Shown in pieces: positions 40,586 through 52,508 of a stretch of 64,000 nucleotides of DNA. Position numbers and translations under genes: made by a program. Positions within the stretch are counted from its first letter, which is position 1; each line of letters starts with the position of its first letter. Under the pieces are notes generated by a model. It was not told where the DNA came from, made no database searches, and saw only the letters and a list, made by a program, of their open reading frames with translations. This DNA is from Vicugna vicugna (taxonomy: Eukaryota), in assembly GCA_013265495.1 (NCBI GenBank), contig MU058781.1, positions 7,483,009 to 7,547,008 of the forward strand, given 5' to 3'.

Positions 40586-40602
40586 GGCTGGATTCAGATT
40601 AT

Positions 40603-40604
<2 letters not shown>

Positions 40605-40641
<37 letters not shown>

Positions 40642-40662
40642 TCTCTCCCTCTCTCTCCCCCT
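40605..40662. repeat. (CT)n microsatellite
   Basis: Long CTCTCT run with interruptions. Confidence 0.95.
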
Positions 40663-42871
40663 ATCTACACTCACATGCACAGATACCACTCACGCTTAAA
40701 GTTTGATGACAAGGAAGTTGAAGGAGGGGCTTGAGAGAACGAAGACTGATGTCAAGTCAGAGGCTTGCTGTGCAGCGTCAGGTGTCACTGCAAGCCATAG
40801 ATTTGTGGGATCCCCATTTTATAACCTTACACAAATTGCCCGGCAACCAACACTGATGATCCAGAAGCAAGAGCAGAGAAGTTGAATGTTTGACTCCTGG
40901 TGTATTGGAAATTTTGTTTGGTATTCACTCTCGTGCCAATGTAAGAAGAAATTTTCATCTGACATTTTGTGTTTGAAACTTGTCAAGTGTTTATTGGTTG
41001 GGCTTCTGAAAATTGCAAAGCAAGATTATACATTCAGAAGACTTGGTAGGAACTTCTAGATCAAGAAGGCTGAATATTAGCTGATGAGGGCCTTTTGGAA
41101 GCTAGAAGAGGACAAAAGGCTATGGAGTTGGAAGATGACTTTTCAAGATAGCTGCGCTGGCCAGAGGGAAATTTATCTGGAGAAGGGCTTTGAATATGTT
41201 TAAGGACTGCAGGGCTTTGATGAGCAGCCTCAGAACTAAGTTTCTGTGAACGAAAGGAATTGTGGCTGATAATGGGCTGTGAGAGTTTGTAAGAGTTTTC
41301 TTCCTGTTTTATTTCCTATTTCCCATTTCCCATCTTCAGGGCTTCCTCCTTTTCCCCTTCTCTCTCAGCACACTGGAACAGCGAAAGAAGCACAGAGCGG
41401 GATTTGGGGAGGGAACGGCCCTTGTCCTACTGTCTTTTTGAACTGAGAGCTCAAAACAAACAACTGGGATGGGATGGAGGGGAGGAAATGGGCTAGAGCG
41501 GGAGTGGAAAAGACTGGGCAGAGTGAGAAGCTGGAGATGAGGTCTCAGTCCTAGAAGAGATTAGATCTTAATGGCGAGGAGAGAGTGATTTTTGTGGTTC
41601 AGGGACTCCTAAGTCAGGAATTGCCTTAGGATGGATGTGTATATATGTGTCCCAGACTGACTATGCATTCCTTTTCCTTACTCCCACATTTGATGTAGAA
41701 CACTATAATTTTAGTCTCACCGTTTTTAAGACTAGATGGGTTAAGTGATGCAGGGATTCTGGTCACCACTGAGCTACATGTTTTCACTGATGCTCTCTAT
41801 GGTCACTTCCAGTTTTCTATAATTTGGCCTGCCATTTAATATTCACTTGAAGAGGGGGGAAAAAGTGTGTATGTATGTGTAACTTCTGAGTGAAGCCAAT
41901 TTTGCAAAGCTGTGATCTGAATTCAGTGTGGTGGACATTTGAATTATATTTTGTATAAGATGTACTTCTGAAGAGAACAGGGCCCTAGGGGGTCATATTT
42001 TCTTAAAACAAAACATACAATACCCTTACATGCTTTTGTGTCTAAAAAAATATACAAGTTACGTGTATGGGAATGAAGGACAGTTACAGTGAAACGCATC
42101 TTATTCCTGAAGGACTTTTCACAGTTACAAACTACTTATTTAGTACAACTCAAGTTGACTTGAACTCTACGAAATAGTAATAGAGTTTTACGCCTTTCTA
42201 AAGCCACAATATAATGATGGTCTAAAATAGAACAAACATTCCTATAAAGTGTTAAATGCTTCTGAGCTACTTTATGAATTGAAATTCTTACTGCAGTTTT
42301 TTTTAAGTAAATATGAATGTGTAAATAAACAAGAGGCAAGCTCTTTGGCGTACCCTCACTCATCCAACTGCTATCATAATTATAATCCCTAGCAGCTGAT
42401 TAATGTGGAGGAAGACATATGTAAATTGAAAAAGTTGTCTTTTAACATACTATACTAATGTCTCTCTACCTAGTAATTTGTGAAATAATTTAGCGAAATG
42501 CATCCATAGTAAATAGGTTTATCTTCAAACCTAATGCTCTTTTCCATCTTAACTGAGCATAAAATTATATCTTTGAAGATCTGCGAGAAAGACTTGATGC
42601 CTCTTGAACAGTTCAGTGTGACATATGGTTTTAAATGCAACAATTTTATCTGCAACACACAGTATCTGCAAATTTGAGCTAATGTTCCTGTGAAAACAAG
42701 AAGGGATTTATGCCCAAAAACTAAAGAAGAACAAGAAAAAATCTTTTTAGCTACCATATGTAAGACACTGGAAACTATATATAAATAGAAAACAATATTG
42801 ACATTTATGCATCTATAATTTTTAGAAGCATATTTTTGCATCTAGCTATTTTATTCAAACATTAATGGTAA

Positions 42872-43200
42872 CAGGGATCTTAAATGTAAATTCCTACAGG
42901 GTCAGGCAGGTAGTATATAAAGCAGGCCCAGGGAGGATTAAGGCAAATCTGAGAGGGCTGCCCTGTCTAGAGCAGGCACGTGCTTCACAAAATCCAATAG
43001 GCTGTTTCCATGGACTGTTGCTGTCCTACAATGGCCAGATGTGCCAGATTTTCAAGGAATGACCCATAATTGGATTTTGTGCAAAATCTCACAATCATGT
43101 TGGCAACAGGATTTAAAACAAAACAAAACAAAACCACAATTTGTTTTAAAATAGTTCTGTAAGTCAGAATTGATATGTGGGGCTGCTGATTTGTTACCCT
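42872..43200 (-). mobile_element. MER102-type hAT-Charlie element
   Basis: CAGGGATC...CCTACAGGGTCAGGCAGGTA...GCCAGAT...TGGATTTTGTGCAAAATCTC...TGTTGGCAAC. Confidence 0.7.
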
Positions 43201-43539
43201 AATATCTTATGCATGTGGTTAAAAGTATAAAAGGATAGATGGTAGGGGAGCATAACATTAAGGAGGGAGGGAAGAGAGAAACACAGGAGAAAGTAGAGAG
43301 AGGAAAATAAAATTTCCAAAATATACATTAAGATTTCATCTTATCCTCTGCAAAGTTTATTTAAATTACTTATCTCAATACGAATGAAAATAAAGTTTAT
43401 TAAAAGACATATACAATCAGCTAGACTTTAGAACCTCTTCTTTCTGATGATCTGTGTACCTGGTAAAGACTGAAAACCTCAGGAAGACTGTGGCATTGAT
43501 TTTGTGTATTGGGTGAGAGAGGGATCAAGATTTACTTCT

Positions 43540-43882
43540 CTCACTAGGCGTATAATATTGACCTAGAACCGTGTGTTGAAAGGACCATCCTTCCCACAAT
43601 GCTCAGCAGCGTCACTTCTATTGTAAATCAGGTAGATATAGATGTAAATATAGAGCTTTCTGTCTTTCTATCATCTCATATATCTGTTTCCAGGCTCCAT
43701 ATTGTATCCCATTATTTATTTGACTGTTGTGATAGTACCACCCTGTCACACTTCAGTTTTATATAAACTAGACTTAGTACTGTGAGTCTTTTTACTTTGA
43801 TGGGATGTTTTCCTTAAAAGTCTTGGCTATACTTGGCCTTGTATATTAACATATAAATTAAAAATACTTGTGTTCATTTCCA
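43540..43882 (-). mobile_element. Ancient L1 ORF2 fragment
   Basis: GTTGAAAGGACCATCCTTCCC...TCTTGGCTATACTTGGCC...CATATAAATT. Confidence 0.65.
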
Positions 43883-43889
43883 GGGTCGG

Positions 43890-44075
43890 GCCTCCTTCAG
43901 CCTGCTTCACTGTGGCCCGCGCGGGCATTAGGCTCACCTGGATGCTCTAAAATGCAGACCCCGGGACCACAATGCAGAACTGCTGAATCTGAATCTCCTC
44001 AGCCGGGGTCCTAGAATCTTCATTTTACATAAATACCGTTAGATGATGATACGCAGCGAAGTTTAAGCACCAGGA
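43890..44075. mobile_element. MER5-type hAT element
   Basis: TCACCTGG...AAAATGCAGA...CTGCTGAATCTGAATCTC...AAGTTTAAG. Confidence 0.65.
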
Positions 44076-45499
44076 CTGCACGTTTGGATCTGATTCCAGC
44101 TGCTACCTGCTGGCTTACACATCCTAATTCAGGGTTACTGCTTTTATAAAAGGCTGATACCATTTCTTATCAGGGAAAGCAGTTACTAATTCCAAGTACT
44201 GTGAAGCAGGGAGGTGGTAGAACAATTATTTTGTAGATAAAGATACACATCCCATGTACTTGTGTTCTGCTCAGAAATCTTTATTCTCCTCTGCCCCCTT
44301 GCCACCATGATTCAACTTCACGCCTTTTGGGTTTTGTTGAAATAGTCTCGACATTTCTGCTTGGACACTTGAAAAATTTCTTCTCTTTTCACTTTTATGC
44401 ATTTTATTGATTGATTTTGGCCTTAGTACTTTCTCCAAATCTGTTTTTTCTGTAACTTTCTCACTCTTCAGGGTATTTCAGGTCTAAATGTTGACCAAAT
44501 AATTCTCCACAGGATAATTTATAAAACATTTCCTCTTGGGTCAGGCAAGTAAGAGGTTTTATTGCAGCTCAGTTCCAAAAGTGGGAGACAGAGACTGGAT
44601 GTTTAAACAGGGCCCGAAGCAAGGTTTTGCCAACCTTTCAGGGGCTACATAACAAATAGTCCTTATTTGCTTCTGCAGATGCTGGAGTGAGCTGTAGCTT
44701 CCTGAAGGTCATCTTTTAGCCTGCATTTCCCGCAGCCCCCGCCAGCTTCTGGGAGTCCCCCGTGAAAATGAAAACCATCCAGGGAGGGGTCGTACTAAGC
44801 AATAATCAGTTAATACCTTACTTTTCAATTAACACTCTAGCAGGGGTTATTCGTAAGTCAGCTGAGAATAGGAACAAGGTGGGTAGGTTGGCTCTTGGAA
44901 AACCTGGTTAGAATAAAATGAAAGAAAAATTGAGAAGGAAGGACGTTTTTATAATTTTGCTTAAAACCAATAGGTGGTCATGGCACTTCAGATCATTTGG
45001 GCTTCCTTAATTTGCCAACCCTGGGTTTAAAGGTACAGTGTTTTGAAAACTGGATTTTTAAAAAGGAATCAGGGTTTTCCCTAAGGGACCCTTGTCCTAA
45101 GGGGCAGGAGAGCCACAGATAACTCACTTTCTCACGCTTGTTACATAATGAGATTATGCCCCTACCAGTGTATGATTATACCATGCAGAAAAAAAGAGAT
45201 CCTCTAATTTTCATGTTATCTTTTATTTGCCCTCTGCTTGTTGCCAGTGGATCTCAAAGTCAGGGGTGCTTATGCCAACAGTATTTGTGTGGGGGTTGGG
45301 ACTGCCGTGGACTGACTGCCAGGAAGGAAAACACTGGGCAAATTGCACTCCATTTTGAGCCTGACTCTAATGCAAAAATAGCAGCATCTTCTCTCAAAAA
45401 AAAAAAAAAAAGTGAGTTGGTTGCCCTAATTTCAAAGTTACTTGTGTGGTCATATTGTACAACCCACTCTACAACTTCTTCCCGGAATAATTTTTTTGA

Positions 45500-46845
45500 T
45501 TTATATTTCTATTTTAGTATTTGGTACAAAAGAATATTTGTGACACTATGTGTGTACGTCTATGTCTATATGTATATGCAAGTTATAAAGTATGATAACA
45601 CAGTAAACAACCCTGAGCCCACTACACAGTCCAAGTGCTCAAACGTGGTCACGAAACTTCCCCAGTGTGTTTTCCCCGACCCTCCACAGTCTTCTCTGTC
45701 TTACCTCTTTGTCAAGAGGTAACCGGCACCTTGAGTTTTATGTTACCATTGCCTAGCCTGCTTTTGAGGTTTAAGCTTACATTTATAGGTATGCCTAACA
45801 GATTTTTCAGTTCTCCTTGTTTTTTGAAAATTACGTGAAGTCTATCGCATCGGAGGTCTTCTTAGAGGCTTACTGTTTCCTTTCGCGTCAGGTCACTAGA
45901 GTCCGTTCACGCCATTGTCTATGGCTGTAGTTCAGTCATGTGTATTTCACTGAGTAGCTATTTCACAGTTGACTTATCTGTTCTCTTCTCAAAAGGGAGG
46001 TATTATTTCTAGTTTATTGTCATTGTTTTGAATATATTCTAACATATCTCTTGGTATACATACGTGCAGGAGTTCCTCTTGACTGTATGCCTAGGAGAGG
46101 GTTCCTTGATGGTGGCGCTATTGACATTTGGGGCCAGATAATTGTCTTGTGTGAGGCTTCCCTGTGCCTTATGGGATGCTTAGCAGCATCCCTGGCTTCT
46201 ACCCACTAGATGCCAGTGGTGCCATTCAGTTGTGATAACCAACAGTGTCTCCAGACGGTGCCAAATAATTCTCCAGGGATCAAAATCACTGACCTAGAAA
46301 TACAGCTGTTGGGTGGAGATCAGGTGTGTGAATATTTGGCTTTACAAATTGCCAAATTGTTTTCCAGAGTAATTGTAACAATTTAGTGTCCCCTGGCTTT
46401 CTTCTTGATTTACTTTCTCTCCAACACTTGATGTTCTCTGATCTTTTACTTTGAGACAACTGTATAGGTTTAAAGTTGCATCTCATCATGGTTATAATTT
46501 TTATTTGCTTGATTATTAACTAGATCGAGAACCTTTTTGACATGTATATTGTCCACACTTGTTTTTTCTAAGTGCCTGCATTTTAACCTTTGCCTAGCTT
46601 TCTATTGGGTTGTCTTACTGATTTGTAGAAATTATGTGTTCTGGATACTAATCTCTTGTTTATTAAGTGAGTTGTAAATATCTCCCCTAATTTGCTATTT
46701 ACTATGTCATTCTCTTTATGATGCCTTTTGATGAATACAACTTCTTAATTTTAATATAATTGAATTAATTTTTCATTCATGGTTATCCTTTTTTGCCCCA
46801 AGATTGCAAATAAATTTGCCCATGTTTTCATTGAAGATTAGCACA
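45500..46845 (-). mobile_element. Ancient L1ME-type 3' portion interrupted by MER20
   Basis: GAGGTAACC...CTTGAGTTTTATGTTACC; GCCAAATTGTTTTCCAGAGT; LWKTIWQF remnant in ORF 46286-46489. Confidence 0.8.
46097..46291 (-). mobile_element. MER20 hAT-Charlie transposon
   Basis: CTATTGACATTTGGGGCCAGATAATT...TTAGCAGCATCCCTGGCTTCTACCCACTAGATGCCAG; 8-bp TSD GCCTAGGA/ACCTAGAA. Confidence 0.92.
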
Positions 46846-46854
46846 TAAATAGAG

Positions 46855-47189
46855 TAGCTTCTGCCTGACTCCCTTTCTCTTGGATTGTTCACTCTGGGGG
46901 AAGCCAGTTACCATGTCCTGAGGACACTTAGCTGGCCCTGGGGGCTCGTGCGGAGGGGAACTGGGGCCTCCCGTAAGCAACACCAACAAGCCAGCCAAAT
47001 GAGTGAGTCCCTTTGCAAGTGGATCTTCGGCCCCAGTTAAGCTTTCGGATGACTACAACTTTATGAGAGACCTTGAGCCAGGACCCAAATTCCAGATCCC
47101 CAGAAACTGGGGGAGATAAATAATTGTTTATTGTCATTTTAAGCTAAGTTTTAGGATAATGTGTTACGTAGCTATAGATAACTAGTACA
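46855..47189 (+). mobile_element. MLT1F-type MaLR LTR (3' part)
   Basis: CACTCTGGGGGAAGCCAG...ATGAGAGACCTTGAGCCAG...ATAGATAACTAGTACA. Confidence 0.85.
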
Positions 47190-48019
47190 GCTTGCCTTCT
47201 TGTTTGCTAATGACCTTTGATTATGAACACATTACTTGATTTATTTGGTGAAGTCCTGTAGGTTCAAAATTAAGAAGGCTTTCTTCTGAAATGGGTATGC
47301 TTTCTGCCAGTGGCTTTGAATGCCCATAGATGGAAACTTCTGTTTACCTTTAATGCCTTTGGCCAGTTTAAGAATCTTAAACTTGTGCACTTTGATATTT
47401 GCCCAAGAGTCAGTCTCCAACCGCAGTGCTACTATCCTGATCCATCCCTAGGCCATCCCTTTTCCTCCTGACCCCTGATCGAGTGCTGTCCTCAGTTATC
47501 CACTCTAATTTACATGGCAGGGGTTAAGGGAGGGAATCTGAAAATCTCCAACAACTCAAATGCAAACAACATTGTTTTGGAGACTGGGTCCTATGTAAGC
47601 TATGATAGCAGGAGGCCTTCAGAGCACCTAGTCAGCCATAGTGCTGGAAGCAGATAGCCAAAAAGACTTCATAGGGGCTTTCTCATCTGGGGGTTGGAGC
47701 AGACTGCCTCTTTCTGCCACAGGGGTGTTCAGTATCATTACATCCAAGGCTTTGCTGCTCCACAGGATTAAGTTGAAAGACAACTTTTAAGCAACCGTCG
47801 ACCTGTTGATAGAAATCAACTGATTGAGTTTGGATACTTCACCAAACATGGGGGCCCACGATCTAGACGTGGTTCTTCAGCTTTCCCAAATGGCGTGTGC
47901 TAAGTTATTTAACTTGCTAAGTGTCAAAGATTCGGGGCCTTTAAAGCAGTATCAATCTTCCCAAGGCAGGATTTCTGGAAACTACTATCCTGGGAATCTA
48001 ATGAGGGTGGGGTTTACCT

Positions 48020-48125
48020 CTGGCAATAACTCTTTTATCTCTCTGGGCCTCAGTCTCCAAGTCTATAAAATGTGGAGATGGTTTGAGATGACTATTAAGA
48101 TCTTTTCCAGCTCCTTTATTTTTGA
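48020..48125 (+). mobile_element. MIR3/MIR fragment
   Basis: CTCTCTGGGCCTCAGTCTCC...TAAAATG...AGATGACTATTAAGATCTTTTCCAGCTC. Confidence 0.7.
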
Positions 48126-48554
48126 AAACATCTATGGATAATGTGTTTTGGCAGAAGAAAATGGTATATAAAATAGACCCTACTTGGCCACCAAGCTACT
48201 GAGAAGGCCAAGAAATAACAAGATTTATTCTCAGATTCCCGGTTACCAAGTTCACATTTCACATTGGGTTACTCTCAGCCTTCGAGGACCCTTTCACTGC
48301 CACTAAAAAGGCTCGGACATGGTGACGCTTTTTAAACTCTTAGTTATTAGTTAATACACTAACAGAAAAGAGTCTAAACCTGTCAAGACAACAGGAATGA
48401 GACACTTTGAGATGAGACAGGGAGAAGAAAGGTGGCGTTAATAGAAAGGAGAGGACAGCAAATCAAACTTTGCTAAATCACAGTCTTGCTTGGGGGCCAC
48501 CTCAAGCTTCAGAGAGTGCTTTTTGCCAATTGAAAAAATGAGCTCTGTATATAC

Positions 48555-48579
48555 GTGTGTGTGTGTGTGTGTGCGCGTG
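48555..48579. repeat. (GT)n microsatellite
   Basis: GTGTGTGTGTGTGTGTGTGCGCGTG. Confidence 0.9.
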
Positions 48580-48697
48580 CATTCGTGTACACATGTATGC
48601 ATTTCCAAGCAGCAAAAATTAATGGACAATTTTGAGGTTGCATTGTCAGAAGTCTTCTCCAATAAACTAATGATTTTCTTTCATCCTTTCTAAACAG

Positions 48698-48774
48698 CGT
48701 TTGCTGCAAAACGAAGATGAAGAAGCCACTGGAGACTGGGTGGGCTGAGACAGGCTGTGTCTTCACTTGCTTTG
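48698..48774 (+). other. Candidate spliced internal exon (77 nt), probably non-coding/5' UTR
   Basis: Branch-like CTAAT (48667), polypyrimidine tract, AACAG acceptor (AG 48696-48697), donor TTG|GTAAGT (48775). Confidence 0.4.
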
Positions 48775-50046
48775 GTAAGTCATTCTGTGGCTGGCAGCTC
48801 CTGACCATCCTCCGGCTGTTGCTCCTGAACCGTGAGTCTTGCTCTGAGCACAACCCTGCAGACATCTCTCAGGCCTGCTGTAGGAGTCGGCGGCAAACTG
48901 AGAGATAACCACACAGCGCTCCGGTGCGTGGTTCCCTTTGGCATGTCAGTCATACACTGAATGCATTCACGAAGACTTGTTCAATTAAATGTGCCTTCAT
49001 TTATCTCATACAACCCACAAATTCCCTTAATTTTGCCACTTCCCACATCAAAAACAGAAGGCTGAAGAAAGAAGATTGTAAGGAAGGTTTCACATTAAGG
49101 ATTCTGGTGACAACAACCTGGTGATTTTTCAGTCAATCAGGATTTTTTTCCCCCTTGGGAGGAAATAGAAAGTAGGTGGATAATTATTTAGTTGAGCTTA
49201 AAATGTTTCTTCTGCATGAGTTCCAGAGAAAATGAAGATGCTTTTGTTATTAGCAAGGTAATGAAAGGAGGGCCTGAGGTTTCAGGTGGGTGGGGGAGTC
49301 TGAGAGGGGGTGGACGTGAGTGGGAGTTTTTCAATTGTGGTGTTAAGGGAAGGGGAGAATGAAGGAAAGAGAAGGCGAATAAGTGCCTTTTTAAAACAAA
49401 GCGTACAGCACGGTGTAGCAAGAAAGCTAACATTTTCTGAAGAAAATCAAACAAGTTGCCATTAGAAGTAGTGAATTAAAAATTTACCATAATTATATGG
49501 AAAATTTGATTTGTTCCTTGTGTGAAATGCTGCATATCTTAGCACCATAAAAATATCCTTTGATTAAATGAAAGATTTTCAAGGAGCAGAGGGAAAAAAA
49601 ATCCAGTATATCATCAGATTTACATACATCTCATTAGGTATTTCCTTGATGGCCAAAAACTGGATTCAAGTTTCTCTTTCTAGGCAAACCCTGGATTCAC
49701 TGGGGATAGATGCTAGGATTCAGATGTTTGAGGATAGAGAATTTAAAGTAAGGTATTTGTTGAGATAAATTATCTATCTCTAACATAAGAAGGAGCCATT
49801 TGTCATGTTGTGATGACATACATTTCCCATGAGTCTCTTTTTTAATATTAATGCTAGTGCACAGAATTATGAAATGTTAATACTGGAACAGACCAGCCCA
49901 TCTGGTCTCCCAGGGTGATGACTTGCTCAATATCTGTGTACCTGTCTAAACTTAAACTCTGGATTCTCAGTTCATTTGTAAATTGATGAAGATTAGATTG
50001 GATGAAGTCTTAGGTTCTTTCTCAGTCTATAATCCTGACTCTTATA

Positions 50047-50238
50047 TAATAAATTTAATTCAGTTGAAGACATACATCTTTTTCACATTTTAATATCTCT
50101 AATATCAAAGTGTGTCTTACAATAGCTATTCCTAAACACTGTGTCATAATCAGCAAGTTTTACTTTTCTTTTTTTGAAGGTACTTAAAATAATGGTGCAT
50201 ATAACAATCAATGTCATGTTAGATTTGATGAAATATGA
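50047..50238. mobile_element. MER104-like TcMar DNA transposon
   Basis: TTTTTCACATTTTAATATCTCT...TCTTACAAT...AAAATAATGGTGCAT...TTAGATTTGATGAAATATG. Confidence 0.75.
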
Positions 50239-50599
50239 TATGTAATTGAGTTATAAGCCCCAAACATTCCAAACTTGGCGAATGTCATCATCCATAAGTC
50301 AACCATTCCAAAACCTGCTTAGTTTATGTTGTTGGGTAACTTTGAGTGATGTATAAAATTTTGATTCCAGGGAAGAATTTACTTGATGGGTGTTTCACAA
50401 AGAAAATCTTCCTTTCTTTCCTTTGAATAGCTATTCTAGAATAATCCATTTCTCTTTATATGAAACTGTCTTGTTCCTTAGTTTTATTCCAAAGTCAATG
50501 CCTTTAATTTCTAGATATGCTGGTATAGGCATGTAAAATAGAGAATGAGACAGACGGTTCTTTTCTGTGGCTAAATTTATTTATTTGACAATTAATTAA

Positions 50600-50935
50600 A
50601 AAAAAAGATTTATTGAATTGCCCATGTATTATATTATCTACTGATAAAAATAGTAGACAGGAAGCAATGGAACAGGCTATTAAACAATGTAATAGAGCAA
50701 GGGCTGCACTGAAAATGGAAGGAATTACACAGAAAATTTTGAGTCATTAGAAAGCCTTCTGTAGACAGTGGTATCGGAGCTGAGACCTGAAAAGCAGTTA
50801 GGCTTAGCCAAGTGAATGATGAGGTGAGAAGAGAAGGGCATTCCAAGGAAAGGAAGACCCATGATTCAAAACAAAACAAAACATGGTATATCCAGGGAAC
50901 TAAATTTTGTGTAGAATGGCTGGATACTCAGGACA
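50600..50935 (-). mobile_element. L2 fragment
   Basis: GAGCTGAGACCTGAAA...GAAGGGCATTCCAAGGAAAGGAAGACCCATG. Confidence 0.65.
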
Positions 50936-51321
50936 GTATCAAGTTTCTAAATCAGCCTTTCAATGTATAAGCATCTTATCTAGTCCAAGCTAAACTCTGT
51001 GCTAGGCATGGTAGAATTGCAAATATATAGATTTCAAAATAGAGTCATACACCGAATAATTAGATAATATTATAATTCTAAAGTAGTCACCGAAGACTGT
51101 TCGGTTTACTCATAAATCTTTAAACTCATAATATTCCAAAAGAAACTCATTCTTTTTAAATCCCACATCTGTCATTCCTTCCCTTTGCCCACTCTTGGTG
51201 AATGACCTTACCATGTCAACCAGGCTCCAAATCTTGAAGTCATACCAATATATTTGATAAAATTCCCCAAATCTAAAGCATTATCAAGTTCTGTAGTTTG
51301 ACTTCCTCACCCCATTCTTTA

Positions 51322-51497
51322 GGGTGATATCAGACAAAAAATGGATTTAAAAGGAAAATTGTTACTAAGAGACAAAAAAACTTTACAAGAGACTAAGTGA
51401 ATTTTTCTAATAATAAAAAGGCCAATATATGCACCTAACAAGAGAGCCCCAAAAGACATGAAAAACTGACAGAAGTGAAGGGAAAAATGGACAGTGA
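51322..51497 (+). mobile_element. Ancient L1 ORF2 endonuclease-region fragment
   Basis: ATATCAGACAAA...AGAGACAAA...ATATATGCACCTAACAAGAGAGCCCCAAAA (IYAPN motif). Confidence 0.7.
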
Positions 51498-51839
51498 TCC
51501 TTTGCAAGAGGCTGTAAATGAGGTTGCTCTAGTAGACATTGGTTATCTTTGTTGGTTTCAGCCCCCCCCCTTCTTAAAAATGGGCCTTTTTGTGATTCAT
51601 ATGAGGCTGAAGTACCCTTTCCAACTGCAGGGATGGACATATGACACACATTTCACCCATCAGGGTGGGCTCGGGAGTGATAACATTATTTTGAGTCCTG
51701 GGTTATTCCTGAATCCAAAACCCAACACCTCTAGACTTTTAAATGACCTGAGCCATTCTAGTCTTTTTCTTAAGCCTATTTGAGTCAAGTCTGTCACTTA
51801 CAACTCTAACAATCTTAAGTAAAACAATGGTTAATAATT

Positions 51840-52508
51840 ACAATTCTGATCACCAATTCCAATGCTGGAAGAGGGTTCCTCACTCCAAGCAATTTTCAGA
51901 CACCAGCTGAGTATACTACAATTCTACTCAATTCCAACACCATCTACTTGGAGATAGCTCCAGTTCCCACAGGGCTCAATCTCACGAGACTTCCCCCAAC
52001 CCTCACCCCATCAGATGACAATCAAAAGTCTAGATTGTCACCTGTGTTTCATATTGACTGCTTGTAGATCAATGACTCCTTTCTTGTGAGGGGGCCCTGA
52101 GCTCTACATTCTCTGAGTGTGCCACTCTCCTCATATTTCCACATGTTTACCCACCAGGAAACTCTCTAAACCTACTTTTGGGTTTTTATTGAGGCTTCAT
52201 TATTACAAAGGTATGATTAATTAGATCATTGTCCATGGGTGATTGATTCAACCTCCAGCCCTTCTCCCCTCCCCGGAGGTAAGGGGAGTGGGACTGAAGG
52301 CTCTAACCCTCTACTTCTGTGGTTGGTACTCCTGGCAACCAATCCCTATCCTTAGGTAGGGTCCAAAAGTCCCCTTATTAATATAACAAGAGATACCTTT
52401 TTGGCTCCCGTTGCCTAAGAAATTCCAAGTTTTTTTTAGGGGCTATGTACTAGGAATAATGAACAAAGATCAAATATATATTTTTTTATTATAAATCACA
52501 ATTTCACA
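51840..52508 (-). mobile_element. MER21-type LTR with internal deletion
   Basis: CAGACACCAGCTG...GATTCAACCTCCAGCCCTTCTCCCCTCCCCGGAGG...TTATAAATCACAATTTCACA. Confidence 0.8.

Noticed and set aside
41030..41780. Purine-rich stretch that may be a very old LTR/LINE
   Set aside because: I could not match it to a family I recognise, so it is left unannotated pending a Dfam search.
45138..45722. Longest ORF (194 aa)
   Set aside because: Non-ATG start, runs through a poly-A tract and into an antisense L1ME 3' UTR, and has no recognisable domain.
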